Positions 35,249 to 45,501 are shown, counted from the stretch's first letter. The stretch: 64,000 bases of DNA from Bacteroidota bacterium (GCA_013288345.1 JABDCA010000008.1:10024-74023), one strand, 5' to 3'. Program-made: numbers and translations. The notes: generated by a model from the sequence alone, not told the origin.

Positions 35249-36139
35249 ATGAAAAACATCTTTAAAATAAGCCTTATTGCCTTTTTTGCTTTCCTTTTTA
35301 TGGGCAAACAGGCATTAGCCCAAAACCAGCCACACGATACTACTTTTACCATTTATCTTGATACCCTCAGGATTGTTTACATACATGCCGATACCGGTAA
35401 GGCCCTTAACAGGCTCGATAAATTAGGGCACAAGCAAGGTTTGTGGGAACAGAAATATGCGAATGGCAATATCCGTTACAAAGGGCATTTTAAAGACGAT
35501 AAGCCTACTGGTGTCTTTAAGTATTTTTATGAGGATAACGATAGCCTCCGCATTCTTTCTATTTATTCAGATAATGGGCATGTTGCGCATGTACATGAGT
35601 ATTATTCTTCGGGTATAATGGCCAGCAGTGGTAAGTATGTCGACCAGAAAAAGGATAGTGTATGGAAGATATACGATGATTTTCAAAAACTACGTGAGAA
35701 GGACCAGTATGTGTTAGGGAAAAAAGAAGGCAAATCAATTACCTTTTATACCGATGGTGGCGTACTGGAGTCGAAAACCTGGCACAACGACCTGGAAAAC
35801 GGAAAGTGGCAGCAATACTTTGACAACGGAGAAATTAAACTGGATGGTAACTATGTAAATGGCAAGCTTGAAGGCCTGGTAAGTTATTATAATGCAGGAG
35901 GGAAATTAGAAATATCCGGCACCTATAAAAACGATGTAAAAGATGGCAAATGGATTTATTACGACGATAATGGCAATCCAAAAGATTCTATGACCTTCAG
36001 GAACGGAAGGCCGGCAGATATGCGTAAGTTTATATTTACCCCTGCCCAGCTCGATTCAATGAAAACCAAATACCAGCAGGAACACAACGACCCTAACCGC
36101 CCTAAGCAAATAGGGGAAGAAGATGAAGAGGGTAACTAG
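35249..36139 (+). CDS. Secreted MORN-repeat-variant (YwqK-like) protein
   Basis: Signal peptide. Repeats GHKQGLWEQKYANGN, DKPTGVFKYFYEDND, LENGKWQQYFDNGE and VKDGKWIYYDDNGN. Confidence 0.75.
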   Translation: MKNIFKISLIAFFAFLFMGKQALAQNQPHDTTFTIYLDTLRIVYIHADTGKALNRLDKLGHKQGLWEQKYANGNIRYKGHFKDDKPTGVFKYFYEDNDSLRILSIYSDNGHVAHVHEYYSSGIMASSGKYVDQKKDSVWKIYDDFQKLREKDQYVLGKKEGKSITFYTDGGVLESKTWHNDLENGKWQQYFDNGEIKLDGNYVNGKLEGLVSYYNAGGKLEISGTYKNDVKDGKWIYYDDNGNPKDSMTFRNGRPADMRKFIFTPAQLDSMKTKYQQEHNDPNRPKQIGEEDEEGN

Positions 36140-36225
36140 TAAGCCTCATTGAAAATAAAAATAGCTTACTAATCACGAGGTCCTTAAAAAATAAATAGTT
36201 TACGAGTAACTAATTAAAACTAAAA

Positions 36226-37560
36226 TCAGGCATTAACCTGTTCAGGCACCTTTTCGCCAATAGTAACCTTTACACGCTGTACGGTCCGTTTATCAGCTGC
36301 TTCAATGGTAAAGGTAATGTGCGAGAATGTGATCTTCTCGAATTTCTCCGGTATCCTTCCGCACATCTCTATAATAAAACCGGCAAGCGTATCTGAGCCG
36401 CCTTTTTTCTCCTGGAATATAGAGTCATCTATATTGGTTTTCCGGCAAAAATCACCCAAGGTTATCTTGCCTTCAAATACAAAATTGTGGTCATCGAGTT
36501 TCGAATAAACGATGTTCTCCTCGTCAAACTCGTCGTTAATTTCTCCCAGTATTTCTTCAATAATATCTTCTAAGCTAACAAGGCCCGATGTGCTACCAAA
36601 CTCATCGACTACTATTGATAAGTGTATTTTTTTCTTCTGAAAATCTTCCAGCAGGTCGTTTATTTTTTTGCTTTCCGGTACAAAAAATGGTCGGTGCAGC
36701 AAGTACTTCCAGTTAAAGGTATCATCCTTATCAGAATGTGCAAGCAGGTCCTTGGTATAAAGCACTCCCGAAATTGAATCGACCGAGGAATGGTATATAG
36801 GTATCCTCGAAAAGCCACAATCTACAGCCTTTGCAAGCAGTTCAGTAAATTTAAGTCGTTCGTCAAGTGCAATAATATCAATGCGTGGTTTCATAATTTC
36901 CTTCACATCTTTATTGGCCAACTGAATAATGTCGCGCAATATTTTTTGCTGCACCTGCGATATTTCTGAGGAAGTTATGTCGAGCGCTTCCGATAGATCG
37001 GCAGCTGATAACACCTGCTTTTTGCGCAAAATATATTTGTCCATAAACAAGGTTGACAAAGTGAGCATGGATGCAAAGGGGTAGAAAAATGCCCTGATGA
37101 CATATACAAACAACAATAACCTTTTCGATACTTTAAGGTAATGCCCGGTAGCATAAACCTTGGGTATAATATCGCATGCCAGTAAAAGCAAAAAGGTAAT
37201 GGCAATGGCCTGCACAAAAAAAGCAAGTATGGGATGCAGGTATATGTTTATACTTTCCGAGGTAACGTAAGCCGAAAGGATTACAATACTGATATTGAAA
37301 AAATTATTGGCCACAATAAGCGCCGCCAACAAATGTTTCGGACTTTGCAGCAAGCCTCCGATCTGCTGTTCCTTTTTATCAGAAGAGTCTTTTAGTGTTT
37401 CTATTTCGGAAGTTGAAATAGAAAACAAAGCAGTTTCAGCACATGATACCAGGGCTGAAAGGATAATAAGTGCTATGATGCATAGCACTACAAAGCTCAT
37501 GCTAAAAAATGGGAAGACTGAAAGAAGCTGGTAATGAATAGAAAAGTGTACGGGGTCCAA
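36226..37560 (-). CDS. DUF21(CNNM)-CBS-CorC family membrane protein, GldE-like
   Basis: N-terminal 4-TM CNNM domain, a CBS pair and a CorC_HlyC C-terminus (DTLAGFIIE). Its position directly downstream of ssb matches the ssb-gldE arrangement I recall from Flavobacterium. The true start may be the internal MSFVV. Confidence 0.7.
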   Translation of the reverse strand: MDPVHFSIHYQLLSVFPFFSMSFVVLCIIALIILSALVSCAETALFSISTSEIETLKDSSDKKEQQIGGLLQSPKHLLAALIVANNFFNISIVILSAYVTSESINIYLHPILAFFVQAIAITFLLLLACDIIPKVYATGHYLKVSKRLLLFVYVIRAFFYPFASMLTLSTLFMDKYILRKKQVLSAADLSEALDITSSEISQVQQKILRDIIQLANKDVKEIMKPRIDIIALDERLKFTELLAKAVDCGFSRIPIYHSSVDSISGVLYTKDLLAHSDKDDTFNWKYLLHRPFFVPESKKINDLLEDFQKKKIHLSIVVDEFGSTSGLVSLEDIIEEILGEINDEFDEENIVYSKLDDHNFVFEGKITLGDFCRKTNIDDSIFQEKKGGSDTLAGFIIEMCGRIPEKFEKITFSHITFTIEAADKRTVQRVKVTIGEKVPEQVNA

Positions 37561-37585
37561 TTTTATTTACGTTGTATTAAAGAAC

Positions 37586-37606
37586 AAAACCCCCGTTATA
37601 CGGAGG
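37586..37606 (-). terminator. Intrinsic terminator after ssb
   Basis: The minus strand reads CCTCCG-TATAA-CGGGGG followed by TTTTG. Confidence 0.5.
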
Positions 37607-37630
37607 TATATTGTTGTGCAAATATCTTAA

Positions 37631-38047
37631 TTAAAATGACAAGTCAGCCGGAGGGCTTACTTCCATGTGTTCATCTACTGAACTGGAAAGTGATTCTCCG
37701 TTTTCGCCTGTTGTATTTTTACGGCTCAAAATGGTAAGGTTTTCACCTACAATTTCGGTAGCGCGTTTCTTAGAACCATCTTTATCATCCCAGGTGCGTG
37801 TACGCAAACGGCCTTCTACATAAACCTGCATGCCTTTCTTCAGCAATTTTTCAGCCACTTCAGCCAAACCGCGCCACAGCACAATGTTGTGCCATTCGGT
37901 CGATTCCACTTTTTCGCCAGCTCTGTTCTTATGAACTTCTGTGGTGGCAAGCGGAAAATTTGCAACTGCAATTCCGCCTTCTAAGTACCTAACTTCAGGG
38001 TCTTTTCCTAAGTTACCGATAAGTATTACTTTATTCACTCCCGACAT
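37631..38047 (-). CDS. ssb: Single-stranded DNA-binding protein
   Basis: [23 protein letters not shown]-fold N-terminus, WHNIVLW, and an acidic C-terminal tail ending in PPADLSF. Confidence 0.9.
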   Translation of the reverse strand: MSGVNKVILIGNLGKDPEVRYLEGGIAVANFPLATTEVHKNRAGEKVESTEWHNIVLWRGLAEVAEKLLKKGMQVYVEGRLRTRTWDDKDGSKKRATEIVGENLTILSRKNTTGENGESLSSSVDEHMEVSPPADLSF

Positions 38048-38077
38048 TTTGTTGAGGTTTGGTTATATACTAAGAGG

Positions 38078-38085
38078 CAAATGTA
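38078..38085 (-). promoter_or_regulatory. -7 promoter box TACATTTG for ssb
   Basis: The plus strand reads CAAATGTA. The box lies about 30 nt upstream of the ssb ATG. Confidence 0.45.
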
Positions 38086-38174
38086 TGAAAAAAATAATAC
38101 GTTTCATAGTATTTACCCGAAAATGTGAACACCAAAAAGCACGATGAACTGTAAAAATTGCGGGATAAAATCTG

Positions 38175-39335
38175 TTATGGATCTATTGCGCCTGCAAAAA
38201 CATCGATGTTTTTGAGGTATTTGGCAGCGCGTGCCAGGTAGCTGTGAGCAGGCTCAGGTTCAGATAGTTGAGTGTCCTGCAGTAGCTTGGTATTATCAAA
38301 AACCTGGCCTAATTCAGCAAATTCAAGGTAAGGTTCGAGGGCAGCCAGCAAAATGCGCATTTCGTTGGTATCGGTAAAGCTGTTTTTCCAGTAGTCTAAA
38401 TAGCTGCCATATTCGTATAATTTGCTCCCTTCCGGTAGTTTCTTTTTAGCCCATAACTTAACTTCCTTCATCAGTTCCTTATCGACAAACTTAAAAGGAG
38501 GAAGGTCGGGGAATGATTTGGCAATGGCATTGGTAATAAGTTCGGAACTGGTTGCCGAAGCAGCACCCGATGAAATATGATATACAGAATGATTGCGCTT
38601 GGCAAATAATAATGTGGTAATGGCCTTCGATGCAAAGTCAATAGGTATTACGTCTAATGCCGATTTACCATTTACAGGTATAAGGCGCAACATGTTTACG
38701 GTTTCAATGGCCCACAAAATAACATACGAGCGTGGTATCCAGTCGCGGCTATCGCCCATAATGATAGATGGCCTTACAATAAGTATTTTTTCTTTCGGAA
38801 GGCTTTTGGTGAGCATTATCTCACCCATCATTTTGGTATAGGTGTATCGCACAACATGATGTGCCTTCAGGTTAGGCGATTCTTCTTCTTTTACGCTTCT
38901 GTTTACAATATCCTTACCGCAAATGGTGGCAGTGCCTATATAGACAAAGGTTTGAAGATTTTTAAGGGTAAGCGACCATTTAATAATTTCGTTTATGCCC
39001 GAAATATTTACCTGCTCCACTACCTTATCATACACTTTCGAAAAAGATGTATTGGCTGCAGAATGAACTATAATATGTGTATCGTCAATTACTTTTTGGG
39101 CGCTCAGGTTCTTGGCAAAATCATGTTCACCCAAGTTACCCAAAACAGGTATTATCTTTTTAGGATCAAAAATGTCTCCGTGTAATTCAAAAACGTGCTT
39201 CAATCTTAATATAGCGTGCTCTTCCGAAAGAGCCCTTACAAGGCAGTATATCTTGTCTACCTCTTGTCGTTTTGCCAGGTCAACCAACAATTCGCCTCCT
39301 AAAAATCCGGTACTACCCGTTAAAAAAATGTTCAT
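38175..39335 (-). CDS. NAD(P)-dependent extended SDR / thioester-reductase-like (fatty acyl reductase-type) protein
   Basis: IFLTGSTGFLGGELL Rossmann motif and YTYTKMMGE (Y-x-x-x-K). The 386-aa size fits the male-sterility/TE-reductase type. Confidence 0.65.
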   Translation of the reverse strand: MNIFLTGSTGFLGGELLVDLAKRQEVDKIYCLVRALSEEHAILRLKHVFELHGDIFDPKKIIPVLGNLGEHDFAKNLSAQKVIDDTHIIVHSAANTSFSKVYDKVVEQVNISGINEIIKWSLTLKNLQTFVYIGTATICGKDIVNRSVKEEESPNLKAHHVVRYTYTKMMGEIMLTKSLPKEKILIVRPSIIMGDSRDWIPRSYVILWAIETVNMLRLIPVNGKSALDVIPIDFASKAITTLLFAKRNHSVYHISSGAASATSSELITNAIAKSFPDLPPFKFVDKELMKEVKLWAKKKLPEGSKLYEYGSYLDYWKNSFTDTNEMRILLAALEPYLEFAELGQVFDNTKLLQDTQLSEPEPAHSYLARAAKYLKNIDVFAGAIDP

Positions 39336-39345
39336 TTTCGTTTTG

Positions 39346-39660
39346 TCAAAAAAGTTCTAATCCAAGTATACCCAGTACTATTAAAAAGATGGAGGCTATT
39401 TTAACAGGGGTAACGGGTTCTTTAAACCAAATCATTCCTATAACTGCAATTAACGCTGTGCCTGCGCTTGCCCAAATGGCATACACTACACTTATTTCGC
39501 CCATTTTTTTTAATACCAAAACCAGGCAGGCAAGGGCGAGGCCATAAAGTACAAATACCAATATAGAAGGAACAAGTTTTGTAAAGCCCTCTGCCTTTTT
39601 CATGCAGATGGTACCCAGTACTTCAAGAATTATTCCTATTGCTAAATAGAGCCACTGCAT
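39346..39660 (-). CDS. Small multidrug resistance (SMR) family transporter
   Basis: 104 aa and 4 TM helices. A conserved membrane-embedded Glu lies in MQWLYLAIGIILEVLGTICMK. Confidence 0.85.
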   Translation of the reverse strand: MQWLYLAIGIILEVLGTICMKKAEGFTKLVPSILVFVLYGLALACLVLVLKKMGEISVVYAIWASAGTALIAVIGMIWFKEPVTPVKIASIFLIVLGILGLELF

Positions 39661-39734
39661 GGGGTAAAATACTAATAGGGTTCAGTAAAATTCTGTCAAA
39701 GATAAAAGGTTTATCATTTTAACAGCGGTTTTTA

Positions 39735-40919
39735 TCAATTATCACCGGCAGGGTTATTTATTTGCCCCATAAATAATATGCTTCCTGTTGCATTATCTTT
39801 AATGATAAACATAAAAGGATGATCGGCTTTAAAGTGTTTCATGGGGGTAGGGGGAGCCATTCCAATAGTTTTTATTACTGCAGTAGCCGCTGCAGCTTCA
39901 GTGCCATCTTCAGTAATGGCTATGTATGCCTTGTGCAATACTTTGCTTATAAATAGGTCTTTGCTTCCATCCATACCCGAAAAATCAGCTTGGGCAATAA
40001 ATGCAAGCGGCATTCCCATTTTTTTAAGCGTATCGCTCAAATCGAAGTTCATGGTTACTTTAAACTTAGGCAGCGATAAAGAAACCTTTTCATTTTTTAA
40101 TGAGTTAATTACCTGTGTGTAGTATTTAAAGGTGAAATCTTTTTGCATGGTTCTCATTTTAGAAGAGTTAACCGGCAAAAAAACAAGCATGGATGCTTTG
40201 TTGTTCTTGTAAGGGATTTCTACTACATTGAATTTACTGTCTTCGTAATAATTATTGTATTCAGTCATGTGCATAAAATCGGCACTTACTGAATCTTTGC
40301 TGCTCCTGTAAAAAAAATCTTTCGTAGTAAAAGCGGTTTTAAATTTTGCAGCCCATTCCCCATGAAAGTAAAGTGCATTTACCAACACTAATTTTGTATT
40401 GCCATTAATGCTTCCTTTAGGTAAAAGGTCGGTTATTTTATTGTTTGTTTTTTTCTCTACCCAGCCGTTTATTTCATCTCTTGTTTTTACATCAGCAAAA
40501 TCAACATTATTTACTTGCGACAGGTAGAATTGTTTTATAAGATCGGTGTAGGTGTTTAAAAAATGAAATTTGTTTTGTGCCCACAACGAATTGGCAATAC
40601 TTAACTGAATGCCATTTGCAGTATCGGCAGTTATAGTTGTAATTATTTTTTCAAAATGAGAATTAAGCGAATCGTGTTTTGGATTAAAATGAAGTGTTTT
40701 GCTCATTTGCTTTTCTGTTTCACCTTTAGCTCCTGCATAAGTCATAGCCAGGGCCGATGAAATACTGAAGGGTGAATAGAACAAATTATGGTTGCCTTTT
40801 AAGTTTGCATATAATTTAAAAGCAAACACATTATTGCTGTCTACAGCAGATTTAATACCCTGAGCGCCAACCAGGTTAAAGAAAACTATACCTAAGATGA
40901 TAAGAAAGATGCGCTTCAT
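39735..40919 (-). CDS. Secreted serpin (serine protease inhibitor) with an inhibitory-type hinge
   Basis: Signal peptide. FSPFSISSALAMTYAGAKGET near the N-terminus. Reactive-centre-loop hinge EDGTEAAAATAV, then FKADHPFMFIIKD. Confidence 0.85.
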   Translation of the reverse strand: MKRIFLIILGIVFFNLVGAQGIKSAVDSNNVFAFKLYANLKGNHNLFYSPFSISSALAMTYAGAKGETEKQMSKTLHFNPKHDSLNSHFEKIITTITADTANGIQLSIANSLWAQNKFHFLNTYTDLIKQFYLSQVNNVDFADVKTRDEINGWVEKKTNNKITDLLPKGSINGNTKLVLVNALYFHGEWAAKFKTAFTTKDFFYRSSKDSVSADFMHMTEYNNYYEDSKFNVVEIPYKNNKASMLVFLPVNSSKMRTMQKDFTFKYYTQVINSLKNEKVSLSLPKFKVTMNFDLSDTLKKMGMPLAFIAQADFSGMDGSKDLFISKVLHKAYIAITEDGTEAAAATAVIKTIGMAPPTPMKHFKADHPFMFIIKDNATGSILFMGQINNPAGDN

Positions 40920-40941
40920 ACAGGCTTATTATTTATAACTA

Positions 40942-40949
40942 CAAACATA
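40942..40949 (-). promoter_or_regulatory. -7 promoter box TATGTTTG for the serpin gene
   Basis: The plus strand reads CAAACATA. The box lies about 22 nt upstream of the serpin ATG. Confidence 0.4.
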
Positions 40950-40982
40950 AACGATTTACATAAGGAGCTACGAACATACTTT

Positions 40983-40990
40983 TATATTTG
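40983..40990 (+). promoter_or_regulatory. -7 promoter box TATATTTG for the Kir-channel gene
   Basis: TATATTTG lies 16 nt upstream of the ATG at 41007. Confidence 0.45.
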
Positions 40991-41006
40991 TAGTAATTAA
41001 AAGCAA

Positions 41007-41972
41007 ATGGCCGAACAGATCAGAGACCCCGGAATAGGAGAAAAGTTTAATGCACGATCGGGGCGTGTAATGAATAAAGATGGAAGTTTTAATGTACGTG
41101 CAGCTAAGTTCAATTTTGGCCGCCTGCATTTGTTCCAGTACCTTATTCGTGCTTCATGGTTTAAGTTCTACTTTATGCTCCTGGGTGCCTTTGCTGCGGT
41201 TAATTTAATGTATGCAGGTATTTATTTGTATATCGGCCCCGATGGATTAAAAACTTCTGGCGATATGGCCCCCATAACCCGGTTTTGGGAAGCTATGTTT
41301 TTCAGTTTACATACACTTACTACTGTTGGCTATGGTAATTTTTATCCGTCGGGCTATGCAGCAAATGCGGTGGCAGGTATTGAGGCCATGACTGGTTTGC
41401 TTGGTTTTGCAGTGGCAACCGGTTTGGTGTATGGGCGCTTTTCGAGGCCTACAGCAAAAATAGGATATAGTGAAAATGCCATAATAGCCCCGTATAAAGA
41501 TGGAAATGCATTGATGTTGCGCGTAGCTAACCTGCGCGACAGCCTGATGACAGAAGTGCATGCCGATGTAATGTACACCTATATGGAGCAGGTTGGAAAT
41601 CAGTTTATAAGGAAATATTATTTGCTTCCCTTGGAAAGGAATACCGTTATTTATTTACCATTAACATGGACCCTCGTACATCCTATTGATGAAAAGAGCC
41701 CGCTCTATGGTAAAACGCCTGAGGACCTGAGGAATTTAGATTCGGAGTTGATGATAAAACTAAAAGGGCACGATGAGGGTTTTGGTGAACACGTGCATTC
41801 GCGTAATTCGTATTTGGTTGATGAATTGGTATGGGGCGCACGTTTTGTTTCGGCATTTTATGTCGACGAAAAAGGAATGACCTTGCTGGACTTTGATAAA
41901 ATAGGAGCTTACGAAACGGCAAGTTTAAATAACGAATTAGGGCAGGTGAAAACTGCAATTACAATATCTTAA
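41007..41972 (+). CDS. Inward-rectifier-type (KirBac-like) potassium channel
   Basis: Two TM helices flank the pore helix and selectivity filter LHTLTTVGYGNFYP. A large C-terminal cytoplasmic beta-rich domain follows. Confidence 0.8.
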   Translation: MAEQIRDPGIGEKFNARSGRVMNKDGSFNVRAAKFNFGRLHLFQYLIRASWFKFYFMLLGAFAAVNLMYAGIYLYIGPDGLKTSGDMAPITRFWEAMFFSLHTLTTVGYGNFYPSGYAANAVAGIEAMTGLLGFAVATGLVYGRFSRPTAKIGYSENAIIAPYKDGNALMLRVANLRDSLMTEVHADVMYTYMEQVGNQFIRKYYLLPLERNTVIYLPLTWTLVHPIDEKSPLYGKTPEDLRNLDSELMIKLKGHDEGFGEHVHSRNSYLVDELVWGARFVSAFYVDEKGMTLLDFDKIGAYETASLNNELGQVKTAITIS

Positions 41973-41984
41973 AACAAGTACACA

Positions 41985-42383
41985 ATGAACTATTGGTTGG
42001 TAAAATCAGAACCCTCGGTATATTCCTGGGAGAAGTTATTGAAGGATAAAAAGACAGTTTGGGATGGCGTGCGCAACTATGCTGCCCGCCTGCATTTAAG
42101 GGCAATGAAAAAAGATGACCAGGTGTTTTTTTACCATAGCAACGAAGGGCTATGCATAGTTGGTATAGCGAAGGTGGTGAAGGAAAATTATCCTGACCCG
42201 AAAGATAAAGAATGGTCAGCTGTTGATATAGCCCCTGTGGAAACATTAAAGAAGCCTGTAACCCTTGAAGATATTAAGGCCGAGAAGAAACTTGCCACTA
42301 TTCCGCTTATACGTATAGGCAGGTTATCGGTTATGCCAATTAAGAAGGAAGAGTATGATATAATTATGCGAATGTCGCGTTAG
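41985..42383 (+). CDS. EVE (PUA-like) domain protein
   Basis: MNYWLVKSEPSVYSWEKLLKDKKTVWDGVRNYAARLHLRAMKKDDQVFFYHSN is a typical EVE-domain N-terminus. Confidence 0.8.
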   Translation: MNYWLVKSEPSVYSWEKLLKDKKTVWDGVRNYAARLHLRAMKKDDQVFFYHSNEGLCIVGIAKVVKENYPDPKDKEWSAVDIAPVETLKKPVTLEDIKAEKKLATIPLIRIGRLSVMPIKKEEYDIIMRMSR

Positions 42384-42443
42384 TATTTGCATTTGCAGGG
42401 CTAATTGTTACTTTTGTTCCCCTTTTTGACCTGGCTCAATAAT

Positions 42444-44792
42444 ATGAAAATACACAGGCTTTCTTTTTTATCGTTAGTACTGGCAATTTGTTTTGCTTTT
42501 ACAGCTATACATTCTATTGCACAAACAGCCACCGTACGTGGCTTTGTTTATTTAAAAAAGACCGGTGAGCCGGCATTGTTCACCAATGTGTATCTGCAAG
42601 GCACTACTATTGGTGCCACTACCGATGATAACGGTTATTTTTCAATTACACATGTTGCACCGGGTAATTATGTTTTAATAGCTAATAGTGTGGGTTATGA
42701 TACTGCACGCGAAAGTATTTCGCTTACCAAGGACCAGATACTTACTAAAAAACTTTATATACAGGAAGCCAGTGTAAACCTGAATGCAGTTAACATCAAT
42801 GCTTCGCAAAAGGCGCGCCAGGGCGACCCGGGCGTTTCGGTTACTGTTATTACACCGCAAATGATGAAACAAATACCAAGCATTGGCGGACAGCCTGATA
42901 TTGCACAGTATTTGCAGGTATTGCCGGGTGTTGTATCTACAGGCGATCAGGGCGGGCAGCTTTATATTGAAGGCGGACAACCTATTCAGAACAAAGTGAT
43001 ACTGGATGGTATGACCATTTTCAATCCGTTCCACTCAATTGGGTTATTCTCAGTTTTCGATGGCGATGTAATAAGCGACGCTACTGTGTATGCCGGTGGT
43101 TTTAATGCCGACTATGGCGACAGGCTTTCATCGATAATGGATATACGTACACGCGATGGAAACAAAAAAAGAGTAAGCGGAAAAATTGATGTAAGCCCTT
43201 TCGGAGCGCATGCATTGGTTGAAGGCCCTTTGGTAAAAAATGTGAACGATGATCCGGATAAGGCAAGTTCGTCATTTATACTTTCTGTAAAAAATTCATA
43301 CCTGGGCCAAACCTCTAAAGCACTTTATCCTTATGTAGATTCAGGCAGAGGCATACCTTTCAACTTTGCCGATTATTACGGAAAATTATCTCTCAATACA
43401 GCTAATGGCAGCAAGCTTAACCTGTTTGGTTTTGATTATAGCGACAACGTAACCTACCCGGGTATTGATACTGTTAAATGGCAGGAGTATGGAGTAGGTG
43501 CAAACTTTATTTTGGTTCCGGGCAGTTCAAGTTCATTGCTCGAAGGAAATATTGATTTTTCGAATTACACCATTAGTGATGCTGAAAAAGATGGACTACC
43601 AAGGCAGAGCAGTATCAATACATTCGACCTTGGCCTTAAGTTCACCTATTTTTTAGGCAATACCAATGTATACTATGGCTTTGATATTTCGGGTACAGGA
43701 ACAAGTTATAACTTCTATAACATTGCAGACAGGCTGATAAGTGATTCACTTACATCGGATGAACTGAACGGTTATGTGAAACTGAAAATAACCAGCAAGA
43801 ATAAAAAACTTATTGTTGAACCTGGTTTCCGTTTGCAGTACTATGCTACTTACAACGAACTTTCTCCTGAACCAAGGCTTGATGCTAAGTACAACATAAA
43901 CGATAAATTCCGTGTTAAAGTAGCTGGTGGAATATATTCACAAGACCTGATTAGTATTGTGGACGAACGTGATGTGGTAGATCTGTTTTATGGCATAAGC
44001 ACTGTACCGCCTACCTCAAATATACCCAGCCAATTTACCCAGCAAGGTAGTACTACTCCGCAAGACGTAACTAACCCATTAGAAACTGCATACCATTTAA
44101 CCGCCGGCTTTGAGTATGATCCTATTAATGCTATACACATTAACATAGAAGGTTATTATAAAAATTTTGAACAAACTACCACACTGAATTACAATAAAAT
44201 ATATGATCAAAGCGACCAGAATGCACCTGATACATTAAAGAAAAACTTTTTGGTACAAAGCGGTAAAGCATACGGTGCAGATATAACTATCCGTTACGAT
44301 TACAAAGAGCTTTCACTTTACGGAGTTTATTCATTAGGTTATGTTGAATACTGGAGCGGTACCTATCAGTTTCCTCCTCCATTCGACAGAAGGCACAACG
44401 TAAACTTAGTTGCATCGTACACCTTTGGTAAGGACCTTAGCTGGATGGCGAATATTCGTTTCAACTATGGTTCAGGTTTCCCATTCACTCCTACACAAGG
44501 TTATTATGCTAATGTTCCTTTTGCCAACATAGGTACCAATTATACAAACACAAATGCCAATTTGGGAACACTCTATGGCCAGTTCGATGGCGGACGTTTA
44601 CCTGATTATGCTAGGTTAGATGCCAGTATTGATAAGTCTTTCCAGTTATCGCAAGAAGTGGGATTGCATATTAATGCAAGTGTAATAAACCTGCTCGACA
44701 GGCAAAACATTTTCTACTTCGATCGTATTACCGGGCAGCGTGTTAACCAGTTGCCAATTCTGCCAACAATTAGTGTGGCAATGACTTTCTAA
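42444..44792 (+). CDS. TonB-dependent receptor with an N-terminal CarboxypepD_reg-like domain
   Basis: Signal peptide MKIHRLSFLSLVLAICFAFTAIHSIAQ, a CarboxypepD_reg domain (TVRGFVYLKKTGEPALFTNVYLQGTTIGATTDDNGYFSI), a plug (IEGGQPIQNKVILDGMTIFNPFH), and a C-terminal aromatic residue (MTF). I moved the start to the internal ATG. Confidence 0.85.
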   Translation: MKIHRLSFLSLVLAICFAFTAIHSIAQTATVRGFVYLKKTGEPALFTNVYLQGTTIGATTDDNGYFSITHVAPGNYVLIANSVGYDTARESISLTKDQILTKKLYIQEASVNLNAVNINASQKARQGDPGVSVTVITPQMMKQIPSIGGQPDIAQYLQVLPGVVSTGDQGGQLYIEGGQPIQNKVILDGMTIFNPFHSIGLFSVFDGDVISDATVYAGGFNADYGDRLSSIMDIRTRDGNKKRVSGKIDVSPFGAHALVEGPLVKNVNDDPDKASSSFILSVKNSYLGQTSKALYPYVDSGRGIPFNFADYYGKLSLNTANGSKLNLFGFDYSDNVTYPGIDTVKWQEYGVGANFILVPGSSSSLLEGNIDFSNYTISDAEKDGLPRQSSINTFDLGLKFTYFLGNTNVYYGFDISGTGTSYNFYNIADRLISDSLTSDELNGYVKLKITSKNKKLIVEPGFRLQYYATYNELSPEPRLDAKYNINDKFRVKVAGGIYSQDLISIVDERDVVDLFYGISTVPPTSNIPSQFTQQGSTTPQDVTNPLETAYHLTAGFEYDPINAIHINIEGYYKNFEQTTTLNYNKIYDQSDQNAPDTLKKNFLVQSGKAYGADITIRYDYKELSLYGVYSLGYVEYWSGTYQFPPPFDRRHNVNLVASYTFGKDLSWMANIRFNYGSGFPFTPTQGYYANVPFANIGTNYTNTNANLGTLYGQFDGGRLPDYARLDASIDKSFQLSQEVGLHINASVINLLDRQNIFYFDRITGQRVNQLPILPTISVAMTF

Positions 44793-44805
44793 GAAATACT
44801 TTGCT

Positions 44806-45501
44806 CTAAAATTTAGCGTGGTTAATATTGAAACCACTGTCATAGCCGCCATCACTAGGTGACCTCAATAAATCAATATTAAAACCCAGGCCAAAGTTGA
44901 AGCTGAGTTCACTGATATTATACTGATCGGCCAGCACACCATTCTGACTGCTTGGGGCAACATATTGTGCAAAGGTGTAGCGCACATTACATTGAATATG
45001 AAACCACTTATCGCCAAAGAAGTTAAATCCTGCTACAATAGAAGCAAGCGGGCATAGGGTTGCCGCATCATAATATACCCGAGCGTTGCCGAAATAATCA
45101 GCTGCAACCATTTTGGTAATGCTCCATCCCGGTTGGAAACCAATAAGCGGATCGAAACCTGAACGGGTAGGAAAATGATAAAATGCACCGAAATAAATTC
45201 CGCTATTTTGCACTAAGGGACTACTCCCGGTAAGTGAGTTTACAAAAAAATAACCATCACCACGTATGGAAATACTTCTTTGCAAATAATATTCAAGGTT
45301 GCCTGTAACATAAGCATTAGAGATATTAAGGGCGGGCATTTGCCCTACTCCCACAGTGCCAACACCGGCAAGAATACCTTTATGCACATACTGCGTTCCC
45401 CATGAACTAGGATAATTCTCCTTGTTTTTTGAAGTATCAGATTGAGCAAAAGAGATCAACCCTGTTACAATAAATGTTATGGTGAAAAATATTCTTTTCA
45501 T
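44806..45501 (-). CDS. Outer-membrane beta-barrel protein (small porin-like), unknown function
   Basis: Signal peptide, alternating hydrophobic beta-strand pattern, and a C-terminal F. Confidence 0.55.
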   Translation of the reverse strand: MKRIFFTITFIVTGLISFAQSDTSKNKENYPSSWGTQYVHKGILAGVGTVGVGQMPALNISNAYVTGNLEYYLQRSISIRGDGYFFVNSLTGSSPLVQNSGIYFGAFYHFPTRSGFDPLIGFQPGWSITKMVAADYFGNARVYYDAATLCPLASIVAGFNFFGDKWFHIQCNVRYTFAQYVAPSSQNGVLADQYNISELSFNFGLGFNIDLLRSPSDGGYDSGFNINHAKF

